A stretch of 64,000 bases of DNA from an uncultured Lachnospiraceae bacterium. GTDB taxonomy: Bacteria; Bacillota; Clostridia; Christensenellales; UBA1242. A program made the translations under genes and the position numbers. Below are positions 26,330 to 36,265 of the stretch, one piece after another. Location of the stretch: assembly GCA_964521165.1 (NCBI GenBank), contig CAZFRA010000002.1:2320-66319 (forward strand), read 5' to 3'. Below the pieces are notes generated by a model, which did not search any database, had not been told where the DNA came from, and saw nothing but the letters and a program-made list of their open reading frames with translations. Positions within the stretch are counted from its first letter, which is position 1. Each line of letters begins with the position of its first letter.

Positions 26330-27520
26330 ATGAAGAAAAATTTAATGGGATTAAGTATTTTCATAGTTTTGTTTATATTTTTCATCTTAAGTGTTATTTC
26401 CATTGGAAGTCTTATTGATTATGATTTAAATCTTGTTATGTTAATATTTTTTTCGGTTGTAAGTGGAATTTATCTTGTTGGATTGTTTGTTTTTGTTGTT
26501 TTAAATCGCAGAAAGAAAATTATTGAAATTGTGGAATTTTTTGCACCAAATAATATGACCCCAGCCGATGTCGGATATGTTATTGATAAGAATATTGATG
26601 ATAGAGATATCAGTTCACTTTTAATTTATTGGGTGGAAAGAAATTATATTGAAATCATTCAAAGAGATGATAAATCGGTAATTTTAAAAAAATTGAAAGT
26701 TGTTGATGACAATATGAAATCTTATGAACAAACAATGTTCAATACAATTTTTTCTCAGAAAACTGAAGTGGATTTAAAAGATTTGCAAGATTTGATAAGA
26801 CCAATAGTGGCAACAATAAAAAACCAAATCCGCCTTGAAAATAATAAAACATACTTTAATTCAAAAATTGAAAGCACTTCAATTTTGCTTACTTTTGGAA
26901 TTACTTGTCTTTTAGTATTTCTTTCTTATTTTTTTGGAGATGGTGCAACTTTTTCCATTGTTTGTGGCGTGATTATTTTTGTAATTAGCATGATTTTCTC
27001 TAATATAGCCAATAAAGTTTATATTCAAAAGAAAATAAAATCAATTATTCTTTATATAGTTGGAATAATCTTATTTTTAATTTTCGCTTTACTAAATTTA
27101 GTTTTTTCATTTACAGATATTTATAATCTTATCTTAATCGCGATTGTCACATTTCTATGTTTAATAACATATATTCTTTGTCCTTTTTTAGAATATAGGA
27201 CAAAAGAAGGAAGGTTTGTGGTTGGAAGGCTGCTTGGGTTAAAGAGATATCTTGAAATCACTGAAAAAGCAAAAATTGAAATGTTAATGAAAGAAAATCC
27301 TAAACAATTTTATGATGTTATTCCGTATGCTTATGTTTTAAATGTAAGTAATGAATGGATTGAAGACTTCAATTTTGTTAAAGCAATAAACAGAAAAGAA
27401 CGCAACCAATTGATTGCTGGAATCAGTCTGCTTGCCGTATTTCTATTGTTTGGAGAAGGAATGGCTATATTCGGTAATTTATTTGGCGGTTCAAAATCTA
27501 AGAATAAAAAGAAAAAATAA
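26330..27520 (+). CDS. DUF2207-like polytopic membrane protein (C-terminal module only)
   Basis: FAPNNMTPADVGYVIDKNIDDRDISSLLIYWVERNYIEI and GLKRYLEITEKAKI...IPYAYVLNVSNEW match DUF2207 landmarks. Gly/Lys tail GGSKSKNKKKK. GGAG SD. Confidence 0.65.
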   Translation: MKKNLMGLSIFIVLFIFFILSVISIGSLIDYDLNLVMLIFFSVVSGIYLVGLFVFVVLNRRKKIIEIVEFFAPNNMTPADVGYVIDKNIDDRDISSLLIYWVERNYIEIIQRDDKSVILKKLKVVDDNMKSYEQTMFNTIFSQKTEVDLKDLQDLIRPIVATIKNQIRLENNKTYFNSKIESTSILLTFGITCLLVFLSYFFGDGATFSIVCGVIIFVISMIFSNIANKVYIQKKIKSIILYIVGIILFLIFALLNLVFSFTDIYNLILIAIVTFLCLITYILCPFLEYRTKEGRFVVGRLLGLKRYLEITEKAKIEMLMKENPKQFYDVIPYAYVLNVSNEWIEDFNFVKAINRKERNQLIAGISLLAVFLLFGEGMAIFGNLFGGSKSKNKKKK

Positions 27521-27544
27521 AAAGATAGTGGAATTTTTAAGCCA

Positions 27545-30175
27545 CTATCTTTTTTCATTTAAACTTCTATTTTTTAATTCATTAATTTTTAATTCTTCTG
27601 TTAAGTGAGCCTTTCCACTTGCTTTTAAAGCCTGAAGAAGTTTCTTTGTGTCTTCTTTTTCAATATAGATATCTTCTTTTTTCTTTTTCTTACTCAATTT
27701 GTTCAACAATTTTGTGACTTTTTTGTCGAATTCGGTTTCACCCTTTTTGAGTTTGGTTGTTTCTTCCACCGAGATGCCGTATTTTCTTCGAATATACCAC
27801 TCTTTTATATAGAAGGCGAGCACGATAATCATAATTGTGGTTAAACACATTGCAACAAGGGTGACAACAACAGGGAAGGTGTATGCTGTGATGCCGAAGA
27901 AGGAACTTAAACCAGTAAGTGTACTGATGATGAGCACTGCTGAAATGGAAACACAGGATGTTTTCAACAAATTAAGCGGCAGACAGGTCCACACAAGGTT
28001 GATATAGCCAATGGAGATAACCAAAAGTGTGGAAAGGGAAGAAAATTCTTCCGTCGTTAAGGTTGTTGTGCTGTTGTTTAGTATAACCACCACAAGCACA
28101 TTGATGAACATTACAAACGCGGCGGGAATTGACTTTTTCAAAACCTGTGGAATAAAGTTTCCGCGGATGATATCTTTGTTTGGCTGGAAGGTCAAGATAA
28201 ATGACGGCAAACCAATCACGAACATTTCCAAAATCAAAAGTTGTCTTGGTGTGAAAGGATAGTGAATTCTCAAAACTAGCGTTGTGATGCAAAGCATAAT
28301 GGTGAAGAGAGTTTTCATAAGGTATAAAACCGACGACTTCTGCACATTATTGACAATTTGTCGACCTTCTTTCACAATGCTTGGTAGAGCGGAGAAGTTG
28401 CTTTCCAGCAAAACTAGATGCGAGATATTTCTTGCCACTTCACTTCCGTCAGCCATTGCAATTGAGCAGTTTGCTTCTTTAAGAGCGAGAGTGTCGTTGA
28501 TTCCGTCGCCGGTCATTGCCACCACATTACCTTGATTTTTCAAAGTTTTAATCAAAATATGTTTTTGTTCGGGAGTGACACGACCAAAAACAGTAAATTT
28601 GTTGGCAAGTTGAGCCACTTCTTGCAGGCTGACATTTTCGAGAGAAACGTATTTGTCATATCCGTCCACACCAACGCGTTTAGCAATTTTCGAAACAGTT
28701 ATGGCGTCGTCGCCGGAGATAATTTTGATTTGAACATCGTTTTTCTTAAACCATTCAATCGTTTCAATAGCGTCCTTTCTTATGTGGTCTTCCAAAATAA
28801 AAATGGCGATGATTTTGCCGTTTTTGCCGGCAATTTTTTCATTGTAAGCGCCTTGTGTTTCGGCAAGTGCAATTACGCGATAGCCTTTTTCCATATTTAC
28901 ATTCATATAGTTTTTTTGCTCGGACGTAATTGGACATTTAATAAAGGTTGGTGCGCCCAAAAAATATGTTTTGCCGTTTTTGAAAGTTGTGGCAGAATAT
29001 TTTCTTTCCGACGAGAACTCGACGATCTCTTTAACCTGACTTTCGGTATCTTTGCCAAAGTGTCCGACAAGGGCGATACTGGTGGCGTTCATTGATTTTT
29101 GGTTTTGCAAAATAATACGTATTGTTTTTTCAATCTTTTGCTTAGTTGCGCCGCCATAGGATTCAAATTCGACAACATTCATTGTGCCGTCGGTTATCGT
29201 TCCGGTTTTGTCAAGGCAAAGGATATTTGCTCGGGCGAGCATTTCAATGGAATATAGGTTTTTGACGAGAGTCTTCTTTTTTCCAAGTTTAATTACGCCG
29301 ACAGAAAGTCCGACCGTGATTAAGAGATACATTCCGGCAGGTATCATTCCAGTCAACGCACCACTGGTGTTTGTCACAGATTCGGTTATGCTTGACCCGA
29401 GAAGAACGCTTTCTTTGAAGAAGGTTAAAATGCCAAGTGGAATCAAAATCAAGATGATAACCTTAATCAAACTGTTCAAATCTTTGAATAGGTTAGATGT
29501 TTGTGGTTTAAAGTCTTTGGTGCGCTCAGCAACAGTTTGGATATAGTTGCTTTTGCCTACCTTATCTGTGCGCGCGTAGCACTGACCAGAAACAAGGAAG
29601 GAGCCGGCAAGTAAAGTGTCGCCAACACCTTTTTTAATAGAGTTACTTTCGCCAGTCAGCAAACTTTCATTCGATTCCACCATACCTTCAACGATGATGC
29701 AGTCGGCAGGGATTTGCGTGCCGTTTTCAAGGAGCATAATGTCATCCAAAAGGATGTCTTCGCTCTTGATTTCATATTGCATACCCATTCTTATTACTTT
29801 AATTTTCGGCGCGGTGACCATTGATAAGCGTTCCACTGTCTTTTTCGACCTAATTTCCTGTGTTATTGAAATTGCAGTGTTGGCGATGACGACAAAAAGG
29901 AACAACATATCGCCCCACGCGCCCACGCACATAAGTGCCACGGCGATAAAGAGCCAAATGCAGTTAAAGAAAGTGAAAATATTTTTGCAAATAATGGAAA
30001 GAACGGAGTTTGAAGTTTTGATTTTTGTGTCGTTGACAAGGCGATGTTCCTTACGCTCGTTGATTTGTTCTTCAGATAAACCGTGGTCCCTATCCGTTTG
30101 ATAGCGCACCACTGGAACATCTTTTTCTATATTTTTCTTTTTCACCTTTGATGAGAAACGTTTTTTATATTTCAT
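27545..30175 (-). CDS. Cation-transporting P-type ATPase (P2/P3-like) with a Lys-rich C-terminal tail
   Basis: Motifs LTGES, CLDKTGTITDG, MTGDGINDTLALKEA and 10 TM segments. About 90 extra residues follow the last TM (KKGETEFDKKVTKLLNKLSKKKKKED...). ATG 30175 (MKYKKRF) is preferred over 30238. Confidence 0.92.
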   Translation of the reverse strand: MKYKKRFSSKVKKKNIEKDVPVVRYQTDRDHGLSEEQINERKEHRLVNDTKIKTSNSVLSIICKNIFTFFNCIWLFIAVALMCVGAWGDMLFLFVVIANTAISITQEIRSKKTVERLSMVTAPKIKVIRMGMQYEIKSEDILLDDIMLLENGTQIPADCIIVEGMVESNESLLTGESNSIKKGVGDTLLAGSFLVSGQCYARTDKVGKSNYIQTVAERTKDFKPQTSNLFKDLNSLIKVIILILIPLGILTFFKESVLLGSSITESVTNTSGALTGMIPAGMYLLITVGLSVGVIKLGKKKTLVKNLYSIEMLARANILCLDKTGTITDGTMNVVEFESYGGATKQKIEKTIRIILQNQKSMNATSIALVGHFGKDTESQVKEIVEFSSERKYSATTFKNGKTYFLGAPTFIKCPITSEQKNYMNVNMEKGYRVIALAETQGAYNEKIAGKNGKIIAIFILEDHIRKDAIETIEWFKKNDVQIKIISGDDAITVSKIAKRVGVDGYDKYVSLENVSLQEVAQLANKFTVFGRVTPEQKHILIKTLKNQGNVVAMTGDGINDTLALKEANCSIAMADGSEVARNISHLVLLESNFSALPSIVKEGRQIVNNVQKSSVLYLMKTLFTIMLCITTLVLRIHYPFTPRQLLILEMFVIGLPSFILTFQPNKDIIRGNFIPQVLKKSIPAAFVMFINVLVVVILNNSTTTLTTEEFSSLSTLLVISIGYINLVWTCLPLNLLKTSCVSISAVLIISTLTGLSSFFGITAYTFPVVVTLVAMCLTTIMIIVLAFYIKEWYIRRKYGISVEETTKLKKGETEFDKKVTKLLNKLSKKKKKEDIYIEKEDTKKLLQALKASGKAHLTEELKINELKNRSLNEKR

Positions 30176-30185
30176 ATCTTTAATT

Positions 30186-30214
30186 AGTTTATTTATTTTT
30201 GACAAAAAAGTCAA
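30186..30214 (-). promoter_or_regulatory. ATPase promoter with a roughly 3-4-nt leader
   Basis: Minus strand: TTGACT (30214-30209, part of the palindrome TTGACTTTTTTGTCAA), 17 nt, TAAACT (30191-30186), 10 nt, ATG 30175. No SD. Confidence 0.5.
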
Positions 30215-30303
30215 ACAATAAAGCAATTTTGTTGACATTTTAAAAATATTTCGTTATATTTTGAATATATGACTTTTTGTTATAAATTTTTTGGTGGTGA
30301 TAT

Positions 30304-31533
30304 ATGTTTATTCCAGTTTCAAAAGAATTGTTAAAACTTTCCAAACTTTTCCCGGAAGATTTGTATGTTGTCGGCGGTTATGTCAGAAATTGTCTTTTAA
30401 AGATTAGAAGTTCGGATATTGACCTTGCCAGTGATGTTGATATTGATGAAATAAGCAAGATTTTGAAAGAAAACGGCTATAAAGTTAAGGTGAAAAACGC
30501 CAAATTTAATTCGATTATCATCACCAAAGATGGCGAAATGTATGAATTTACTTCATTTCGCAAGGATTTTTATGATGATAATGGTAAACATTCACCAATC
30601 AAAGTGGAAAGAACAAAAGAAATTTTAGAAGACGCCAAAAGGCGCGATTTTACGATAAACACAATATATTACAACATTTCCAAAGATGAAATTGTTGACC
30701 CGTATCACGGCGTTGTTGACGCGCAGCAACGAATTTTGCGCTGCATAAACTCGCCAGAAGAAGTGCTGAAAAATGACGGCGAGCGCATATTGCGTATGGT
30801 TAGGCTTGTTGGTGAACTCAATCTCAAAATTGAAAAGAAGACCTTAAAATATGCGCACTTAATGGCGAAAAATGTCCAGGATATTTCGAGCCAAAGAAAA
30901 TATACTGAATTGGAAAAAATTTTGTATTGCGATAAGCGCTATGAAGAAACGCCGGGAAATTTTGTCAAGTCGCTTAAACTTTTGAACAAACTTGGCATTT
31001 GGCAATATTTTGATTTGCCGGTTAAGGCGATAAAATATAATATGGTCAAAAAAGTTGACGACAGAATGTTAGGACTTTTGATTGATATTGTCGATAGCAT
31101 AAAACCAGAATGCCTGCAAACATTTTTAGATAAGTTTTTGCGAACGCAGTTTGGCTTTACGCCGAAAGTTATTCAAAAAATCTTCATCTATCTTGCTGGT
31201 TACTACAACGCTTTGAACAAAATGAAAAATAAGGAATATTTTTTTAGATATTTTGAAGATGTTATGGTTATCTTTCCGCTTCTGGCGAAAAAGTCAAAAC
31301 ATATAATGATTAAATATATGTTTTTCTATAAATACATCCTTCGTCACGGACTAGTTGTTCGTGTTGCCGACTTGAAGATTGGTAAAGACGACATCAAAAA
31401 CAACTTTCCGCAAATTGTCGAGCAGAGTTACGACAGATATTTGGAATATCTTTTAAGTCGCGTTTTCGACGGCAAAGTGAGGAATGAGAAAGAAGATTTG
31501 TTGCAAGAGATTGATAAAATGTTACAGAAATAA
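30304..31533 (+). CDS. cca: CCA-adding tRNA nucleotidyltransferase
   Basis: GGYVRNCLL...SDIDLAS (Pol-beta NT motif), RRDFTINTIYYN. GGTGGTGA SD. Confidence 0.9.
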   Translation: MFIPVSKELLKLSKLFPEDLYVVGGYVRNCLLKIRSSDIDLASDVDIDEISKILKENGYKVKVKNAKFNSIIITKDGEMYEFTSFRKDFYDDNGKHSPIKVERTKEILEDAKRRDFTINTIYYNISKDEIVDPYHGVVDAQQRILRCINSPEEVLKNDGERILRMVRLVGELNLKIEKKTLKYAHLMAKNVQDISSQRKYTELEKILYCDKRYEETPGNFVKSLKLLNKLGIWQYFDLPVKAIKYNMVKKVDDRMLGLLIDIVDSIKPECLQTFLDKFLRTQFGFTPKVIQKIFIYLAGYYNALNKMKNKEYFFRYFEDVMVIFPLLAKKSKHIMIKYMFFYKYILRHGLVVRVADLKIGKDDIKNNFPQIVEQSYDRYLEYLLSRVFDGKVRNEKEDLLQEIDKMLQK

Positions 31534-31617
31534 AAGTGAGTTATCTCGCTTTTTTTTTTATTTTGTTTTTGAAATTATTTTAGTTATAAACTCATTTTTT
31601 TTGAACATACTAGTGGT

Positions 31618-33216
31618 ATGAAAAAGAAGAACGAAGAAAAAGTTGCAGATTCAAAAAATATCAAAAAAACCGATGAAAAACCAAAAAAAGTTAATAAAAA
31701 TGCGAAAAAAAGTAAAAATAAGCGCGGTTTTCTTTGGTTTTTAGCGGTATCGGCGGTTGCCGTTGTTTGTCTTTTGGTTTGTCAATTTTTCTTTGAGAAC
31801 ACGGTGAATGCCAATGCGAAATTTTATGAAAACACATCAATAAACGGAATTGATGTTTCAAATATGACAATGGCAGAAGCTGAAAATGTTGTATTGACGA
31901 ATATGCTTTCAGCGCGGAGCGATGTTGAAATAAATTTGGTGAGTGGTGATAAGTCGTGGCAACTTAAAGGGACCGATTTTGAAGTTACCAACAAAATCCA
32001 ACCATACATAAAAGAAATGGCGCAATATGGAAGAACGGGTAATTATTTTCAAAATTTAAGAAAGGCGAAGGAAATCAAAGAAAACGGACTCAATTTTCAA
32101 ATATCATATAAAGCGGTCTTGGCAAATTTTGATGAAAAGTTGAACGATATCATCAATGAAGTTGAGCAGGCGCAAATTCCAGCCAGTCTTGTTTTCAACA
32201 CCGAACTTGATTTTCCTTTTGAAGTGGAAAAAGGACAGGCGAGTGTAACGGTTTTGCGCGACGAGTTATATTCTCAAATTGATCAGCAATTGCAAAATGG
32301 TAAGGTGGCAAATATCGAAATTCCAATCATCGAGATAGCGCCGGAGATTGATGAAGAAGAAATGCTTAAAAGTGTGGTTAAGCGAAGTGAGTTTTCAACA
32401 TCATATGCAAACAGCAAAAGTGATAGAAAAAGCAATATCAAAAAAGCACTAGAAAGTTTTAACGGACTCGTTGTGGAAAATGGTGAGCAGGTTTCTTTTA
32501 ACAAAGTGACGGGTTCGCGCACGGAAGAGAATGGATATAAGAGCGCGCACGTAATTTATGGCGGTGTGTATGTCGACGGAGTTGGTGGCGGTGTTTGTCA
32601 GGCATCCACCACATTATATAACGCACTTCTGCTTGCCGGCATTGACATCGACACTGTCAACCACCACACTTTGCCGGCATCGTATGTGCCACTTTCGTTT
32701 GATGCAATGGTTTCTGGCGAATATGCCGATTTGGTTTTCACTAACAATTTAGAAAATCCGATATACATAAGAACTTTGGCGGATGAGAACGAAGTTAAAG
32801 TGGAAATATATGGACAGGACACTGAAGGTGTAACGATTGAACGACGAGCGGAACTTGTGAAAATTTTGGGGCATAACGGCGACAAAATTTTGCCGGACAC
32901 AAAAGGTGAATATGCCGACAAAATTTTGTATAAGGGTGAATTTTATCGTGTTAAATGGCCGCGACAAGGATATGAAAGTAAGGGATATTTGAGATATTAT
33001 AAAGACGGTGAATTTGTCGAAGAAAAAGAAATTCGTCACGATTATTACCAATCGCAAGATGGAATAGTTATGGAAGGTGTGGAGGAACTTGGTGTTGGAA
33101 TGACTTTGCCGGCGAGCGATGTTACAATTTGTAGTCCGCAAAAAGTGACAAAACAAACCGAAGAGAGTGTTAGAGCAAAACTTATGAAAGAGAATCCAAG
33201 CGAATATAGTCTTTAA
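31618..33216 (+). CDS. VanW-family protein (N-terminal TM anchor)
   Basis: VanW core GYKSAHVIYGG...GGGVCQASTTLYNALLLAGIDI..HH. Lys-rich N-terminus followed by one TM. Confidence 0.85.
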   Translation: MKKKNEEKVADSKNIKKTDEKPKKVNKNAKKSKNKRGFLWFLAVSAVAVVCLLVCQFFFENTVNANAKFYENTSINGIDVSNMTMAEAENVVLTNMLSARSDVEINLVSGDKSWQLKGTDFEVTNKIQPYIKEMAQYGRTGNYFQNLRKAKEIKENGLNFQISYKAVLANFDEKLNDIINEVEQAQIPASLVFNTELDFPFEVEKGQASVTVLRDELYSQIDQQLQNGKVANIEIPIIEIAPEIDEEEMLKSVVKRSEFSTSYANSKSDRKSNIKKALESFNGLVVENGEQVSFNKVTGSRTEENGYKSAHVIYGGVYVDGVGGGVCQASTTLYNALLLAGIDIDTVNHHTLPASYVPLSFDAMVSGEYADLVFTNNLENPIYIRTLADENEVKVEIYGQDTEGVTIERRAELVKILGHNGDKILPDTKGEYADKILYKGEFYRVKWPRQGYESKGYLRYYKDGEFVEEKEIRHDYYQSQDGIVMEGVEELGVGMTLPASDVTICSPQKVTKQTEESVRAKLMKENPSEYSL

Positions 33217-33300
33217 TAAAAAATAAATTTCAAAGAGATAAAAATTGTTTAAAGAATCAAAAAAAACAAGAAAAAAATCGAAAAATATGTGGTTTTTACT

Positions 33301-33328
33301 CGAAAAATTGCGTTTTTTCGTTTTTTTT
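33301..33328 (+). terminator. Rho-independent terminator after the VanW gene
   Basis: CGAAAA...TTTTCG hairpin 33301-33320, followed by T8. Confidence 0.6.
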
Positions 33329-33436
33329 AATTGAATTTATTTTTAATTAGTTTTTCTTATTATTTAATTATTGTTAAAATTTACATTTTAAATTGTTTGG
33401 TTTTTTAAAGATAAAATCACTTTTTCTTTTTTTCTT

Positions 33437-33466
33437 TTGCAAATTTATTCTTTTTTGGTGTATTAT
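33437..33466 (+). promoter_or_regulatory. Promoter abutting the TVP38-like start codon (leaderless candidate)
   Basis: TTGCAA 33437-33442, 18 nt, TATTAT 33461-33466, 6 nt, ATG 33473. No SD. Confidence 0.55.
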
Positions 33467-33472
33467 ATTTAT

Positions 33473-34408
33473 ATGAATAACACGAATAGGAACGAGAAAG
33501 AAAATGTCGCTCAAAAAAAATCAGAAAAAAAAGATTTAAGTCTAAAAAGCAAAATTATAAGATCGACAATCGTCGTTGTTGTGATTGTCGCACTTGTTGT
33601 TTTGGGATATTATATCCTTGTTTGGACGGGAGTTTGGGAGCAGGTCAATGATGTGGAAAAACTTCGTGACCTAATTTTATCGTGGGGTTTTTGGGGACGA
33701 TTGGGATTTGTTTTGTTGTCGTTTTTACAAGTAACTTTCATTCCTTTGCCGTCAACAGTGACAATCATTGCCTGCGCACTTGCATACAACGACCCGCTTC
33801 AAGCAACTCTTCTTTCCTTGGCTGGCATTTTACCGGGCAGTTTGTTCGCCTTCTTTTTAGGGCGCGTATTTGGCAGAAAACTTGTTGTGTTTATGGTCGG
33901 CGAAAAAACTTGTGAAAAATGGGTTAATTTTTTGAATAATGCGAAATATTCCTTCTTCATTATGATGCTTTTGCCACTTTTTCCTGATGATGTGCTTTGT
34001 CTTGTGGCGGGCTTGACGGATATGTCTTGGACTTTCTTCACTGTCACAAATCTTATTTGTCGTCCAATTGGTGTTATAATGGTGGCATATCTTGGTGGTG
34101 GTTTTATTATTCCATATCACGGATGGGGACTTGCTGTTTGGGCAGTGTTGATTCTTGCCATTATTGTGGTGATTGTTTTGTCGTATAAATACCAAGCGCA
34201 AATAGAAAAATTTATCTTCAAAATCTTCAAAAATAAAGACAAAAACTTAAAAAACGCTATTGATGTGGCGGAAGGCAAAAAAGAAGTTTTGTCGGAAGAA
34301 GCGAGCGAAGAAAGTGTGAAAAATAAAAAAGATGTCGCAAAAGAAGATGCGAAAACTGTAAAAAAGAAGATAATAGAGAAAAAAGATATCAACGAACTCA
34401 AAAAATAA
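33473..34408 (+). CDS. TVP38/TMEM64 (DedA-related, SNARE-associated) membrane protein
   Basis: LSFLQVTFIPLPSTVTIIACALAY, GRVFGRKLV and LLPLFPDDVLCLVAGLT match the family core. Lys/Glu-rich tail. Confidence 0.8.
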   Translation: MNNTNRNEKENVAQKKSEKKDLSLKSKIIRSTIVVVVIVALVVLGYYILVWTGVWEQVNDVEKLRDLILSWGFWGRLGFVLLSFLQVTFIPLPSTVTIIACALAYNDPLQATLLSLAGILPGSLFAFFLGRVFGRKLVVFMVGEKTCEKWVNFLNNAKYSFFIMMLLPLFPDDVLCLVAGLTDMSWTFFTVTNLICRPIGVIMVAYLGGGFIIPYHGWGLAVWAVLILAIIVVIVLSYKYQAQIEKFIFKIFKNKDKNLKNAIDVAEGKKEVLSEEASEESVKNKKDVAKEDAKTVKKKIIEKKDINELKK

Positions 34409-34570
34409 TCACTTTTTTATCATCACGAAAACACCTTCTTTTATTTGTTTAGGAGTAAGGTTGTTGTCCAGTAAAATTTTTGTGCTATCAACGCCAAATT
34501 TTTGCGAAATGCTTTTCAAATTTTCTCCTTTTTTTAGTTGATAGTATGGAAAACTAACTTTTTTTATCAT
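34409..34570 (-). CDS. 53-aa stand-alone LysM-domain micro-protein (below the ORF-track cutoff)
   Basis: Minus-strand ORF MIKKVSFPYYQLKKGENLKSISQKFGVDSTKILLDNNLTPKQIKEGVFVMIKK* with a GGAG SD. The Y.V..GD.L..IA..Y.V....L...N pattern of LysM is recognisable. Confidence 0.55.
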   Translation of the reverse strand: MIKKVSFPYYQLKKGENLKSISQKFGVDSTKILLDNNLTPKQIKEGVFVMIKK

Positions 34571-34675
34571 AAAAACTCCTTTTTTGTGAACTTTTTGTTA
34601 AATTTTCAAGAAAAAGGTTTCGACAAAATATTTTATTGTCATATTTAGGCGAAAATAACTATAAAATTATTTTGT

Positions 34676-36205
34676 ATGAAATCCATTTTTAAAAGTGTTG
34701 CCACAATAACCGTTTTTTCTGTTTTGACAAGACTTCTCGGCTTCTTGCTTCGCATTTATCTTTCCAGAACAATCGGTTCGGAAGCGCTGGGGCTTTATCA
34801 AGTCGCGCTTTCCGTTTTTATGGTGCTTATGACCATTGTTTCAAGTGGTCTAACTTTGATTATTTCTCGCTTAACTGCTAGTTATCGCGTTTCCAACGAC
34901 AAAAAGAGTGTGTCAACTCTCGTTACGTCCAGTCTTTTGGTTGGACTTGCCGTAAGCGTTGTTTTGTGCCTTATCATCCTACTTTTTAGAAATCTTTTTT
35001 CCAACCTATTTTCTAATGAAAACTGTGTAAACATTTTGATAATCCTTTTGCCGTCACTTATTTTCTCGTCGATATATTCCGTTTTTCGCGGCGCGATGTG
35101 GGGTTATGATAACTATTTTGCTCTTTGCATCACCGAATTTTTTGAAATGGTGGTCAAAATTGCTCTTTGCGTTTTGCTTTTAAACGCCGGTATGACCGCC
35201 ATTTCCAGCGCAATGACTGTGGCGTGGTCTTTCACTTTGTCTTGTGTGCTGTCGGCTGTTTTTGTTATCATCCTATATTTTTTTTATGGCGGAAGGATGT
35301 CCAAGCCAAGCAGAATATACAAAACCGTTCTTAAACAATCCACTCCAATAACTGCTGTTCGTGTGGCGGGTAGTTTGGTTCAGCCACTCATTGCACTCAT
35401 TTTGCCGGCAAAACTTGTTTCAGTTGGCTATACTGTTGAGCAGGCGATGAGCATATATGGTGTGGCGCTTGGAATGACTTTTCCGCTTTTGTTTTTGCCA
35501 ACAACGCTAATTGGTTCGCTTTCAACAGTGCTTGTGCCGGACATATCAATGGCAATGGTGCAGAACGATAGCGAACATATTCAAAAGCGAGTAACTTCGT
35601 CGATAACTTTCACGCTTTTTATCACCTTCCTCATCCTTCCAATATATATAGGGATGGGTGATAGGATTGGCACTTTCCTCTTTAATGATGCATTGAGCGG
35701 CACGCTTTTGGAGTATTCTGCGTGGATAATGGTGCCAATGGGGATCACAAACATCACTTCGTCGATATTAAATTCGGTCGGTTTGGAAGTTAAGTCATTT
35801 ATCAACTACATTATCGGCGGAATTTTCACCTTCATTTCAGTTATGTGTTTGACGGGAACAATGGGTGTTTCGTCTTTGCCATTTGGTATGGGAATAAGTA
35901 TGTGTATAACGGCAATTCTCAACATTATTATGCTCAAACAAAAACTTAAAATTGAAGTAAAAATTTGGAAGCAACTTTTTTTGATGATGCTCTTCTCGGT
36001 GCCGTCAATGGTGTTTTCGTCCTTCTTGTCGTCACTTATGTCATTCATCTTTCCAGACTTTTTCACAATTGCACTATCGGCAATTTTGGGTGTATTGATG
36101 TTTTTAGGATTTTGTATTGTTTTTAACATTATTAGTGTGCAAACCTACTTTGTGCAATTTAAAGAAAAATGGAAAAAATCGAGAAAAAAGAGTAAAAATG
36201 TGTAA
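34676..36205 (+). CDS. MOP-superfamily flippase (MurJ/SpoVB-like polysaccharide or lipid II flippase)
   Basis: 509 aa, about 14 TM. N-terminus TVFSVLTRLLGFLLRIYLSRTIGSEALGLYQVA is typical of the SpoVB/MurJ-type family. Confidence 0.8.
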   Translation: MKSIFKSVATITVFSVLTRLLGFLLRIYLSRTIGSEALGLYQVALSVFMVLMTIVSSGLTLIISRLTASYRVSNDKKSVSTLVTSSLLVGLAVSVVLCLIILLFRNLFSNLFSNENCVNILIILLPSLIFSSIYSVFRGAMWGYDNYFALCITEFFEMVVKIALCVLLLNAGMTAISSAMTVAWSFTLSCVLSAVFVIILYFFYGGRMSKPSRIYKTVLKQSTPITAVRVAGSLVQPLIALILPAKLVSVGYTVEQAMSIYGVALGMTFPLLFLPTTLIGSLSTVLVPDISMAMVQNDSEHIQKRVTSSITFTLFITFLILPIYIGMGDRIGTFLFNDALSGTLLEYSAWIMVPMGITNITSSILNSVGLEVKSFINYIIGGIFTFISVMCLTGTMGVSSLPFGMGISMCITAILNIIMLKQKLKIEVKIWKQLFLMMLFSVPSMVFSSFLSSLMSFIFPDFFTIALSAILGVLMFLGFCIVFNIISVQTYFVQFKEKWKKSRKKSKNV

Positions 36206-36229
36206 AAAAATGAATTTTTTTGATGTTTT

Positions 36230-36259
36230 TTGATTATTTTTTATGGATTTAATTATAAT
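36230..36259 (+). promoter_or_regulatory. Promoter abutting the DUF421 start codon (leaderless candidate)
   Basis: TTGATT 36230-36235, 18 nt, TATAAT 36254-36259, 6 nt, ATG 36266. No SD. Confidence 0.6.
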
Positions 36260-36265
36260 AAAAAT

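Noticed and set aside
30176-30238. N-terminal extensions implied by track ORF starts (30238 ATPase, 16289 arsR, 12158 rpsF, 11269 rpsR, 3553 ychF, 39489 pth, 36230 DUF421, 33437 TVP38, 38684 GlmU-like, 48259 M23, 18579 queH).
   Set aside because: The extensions begin at alternative or unsupported starts and encode non-homologous junk before the canonical family N-terminus. They often overlap the gene's own promoter. Downstream ATGs with an SD or a promoter abutment fit better.
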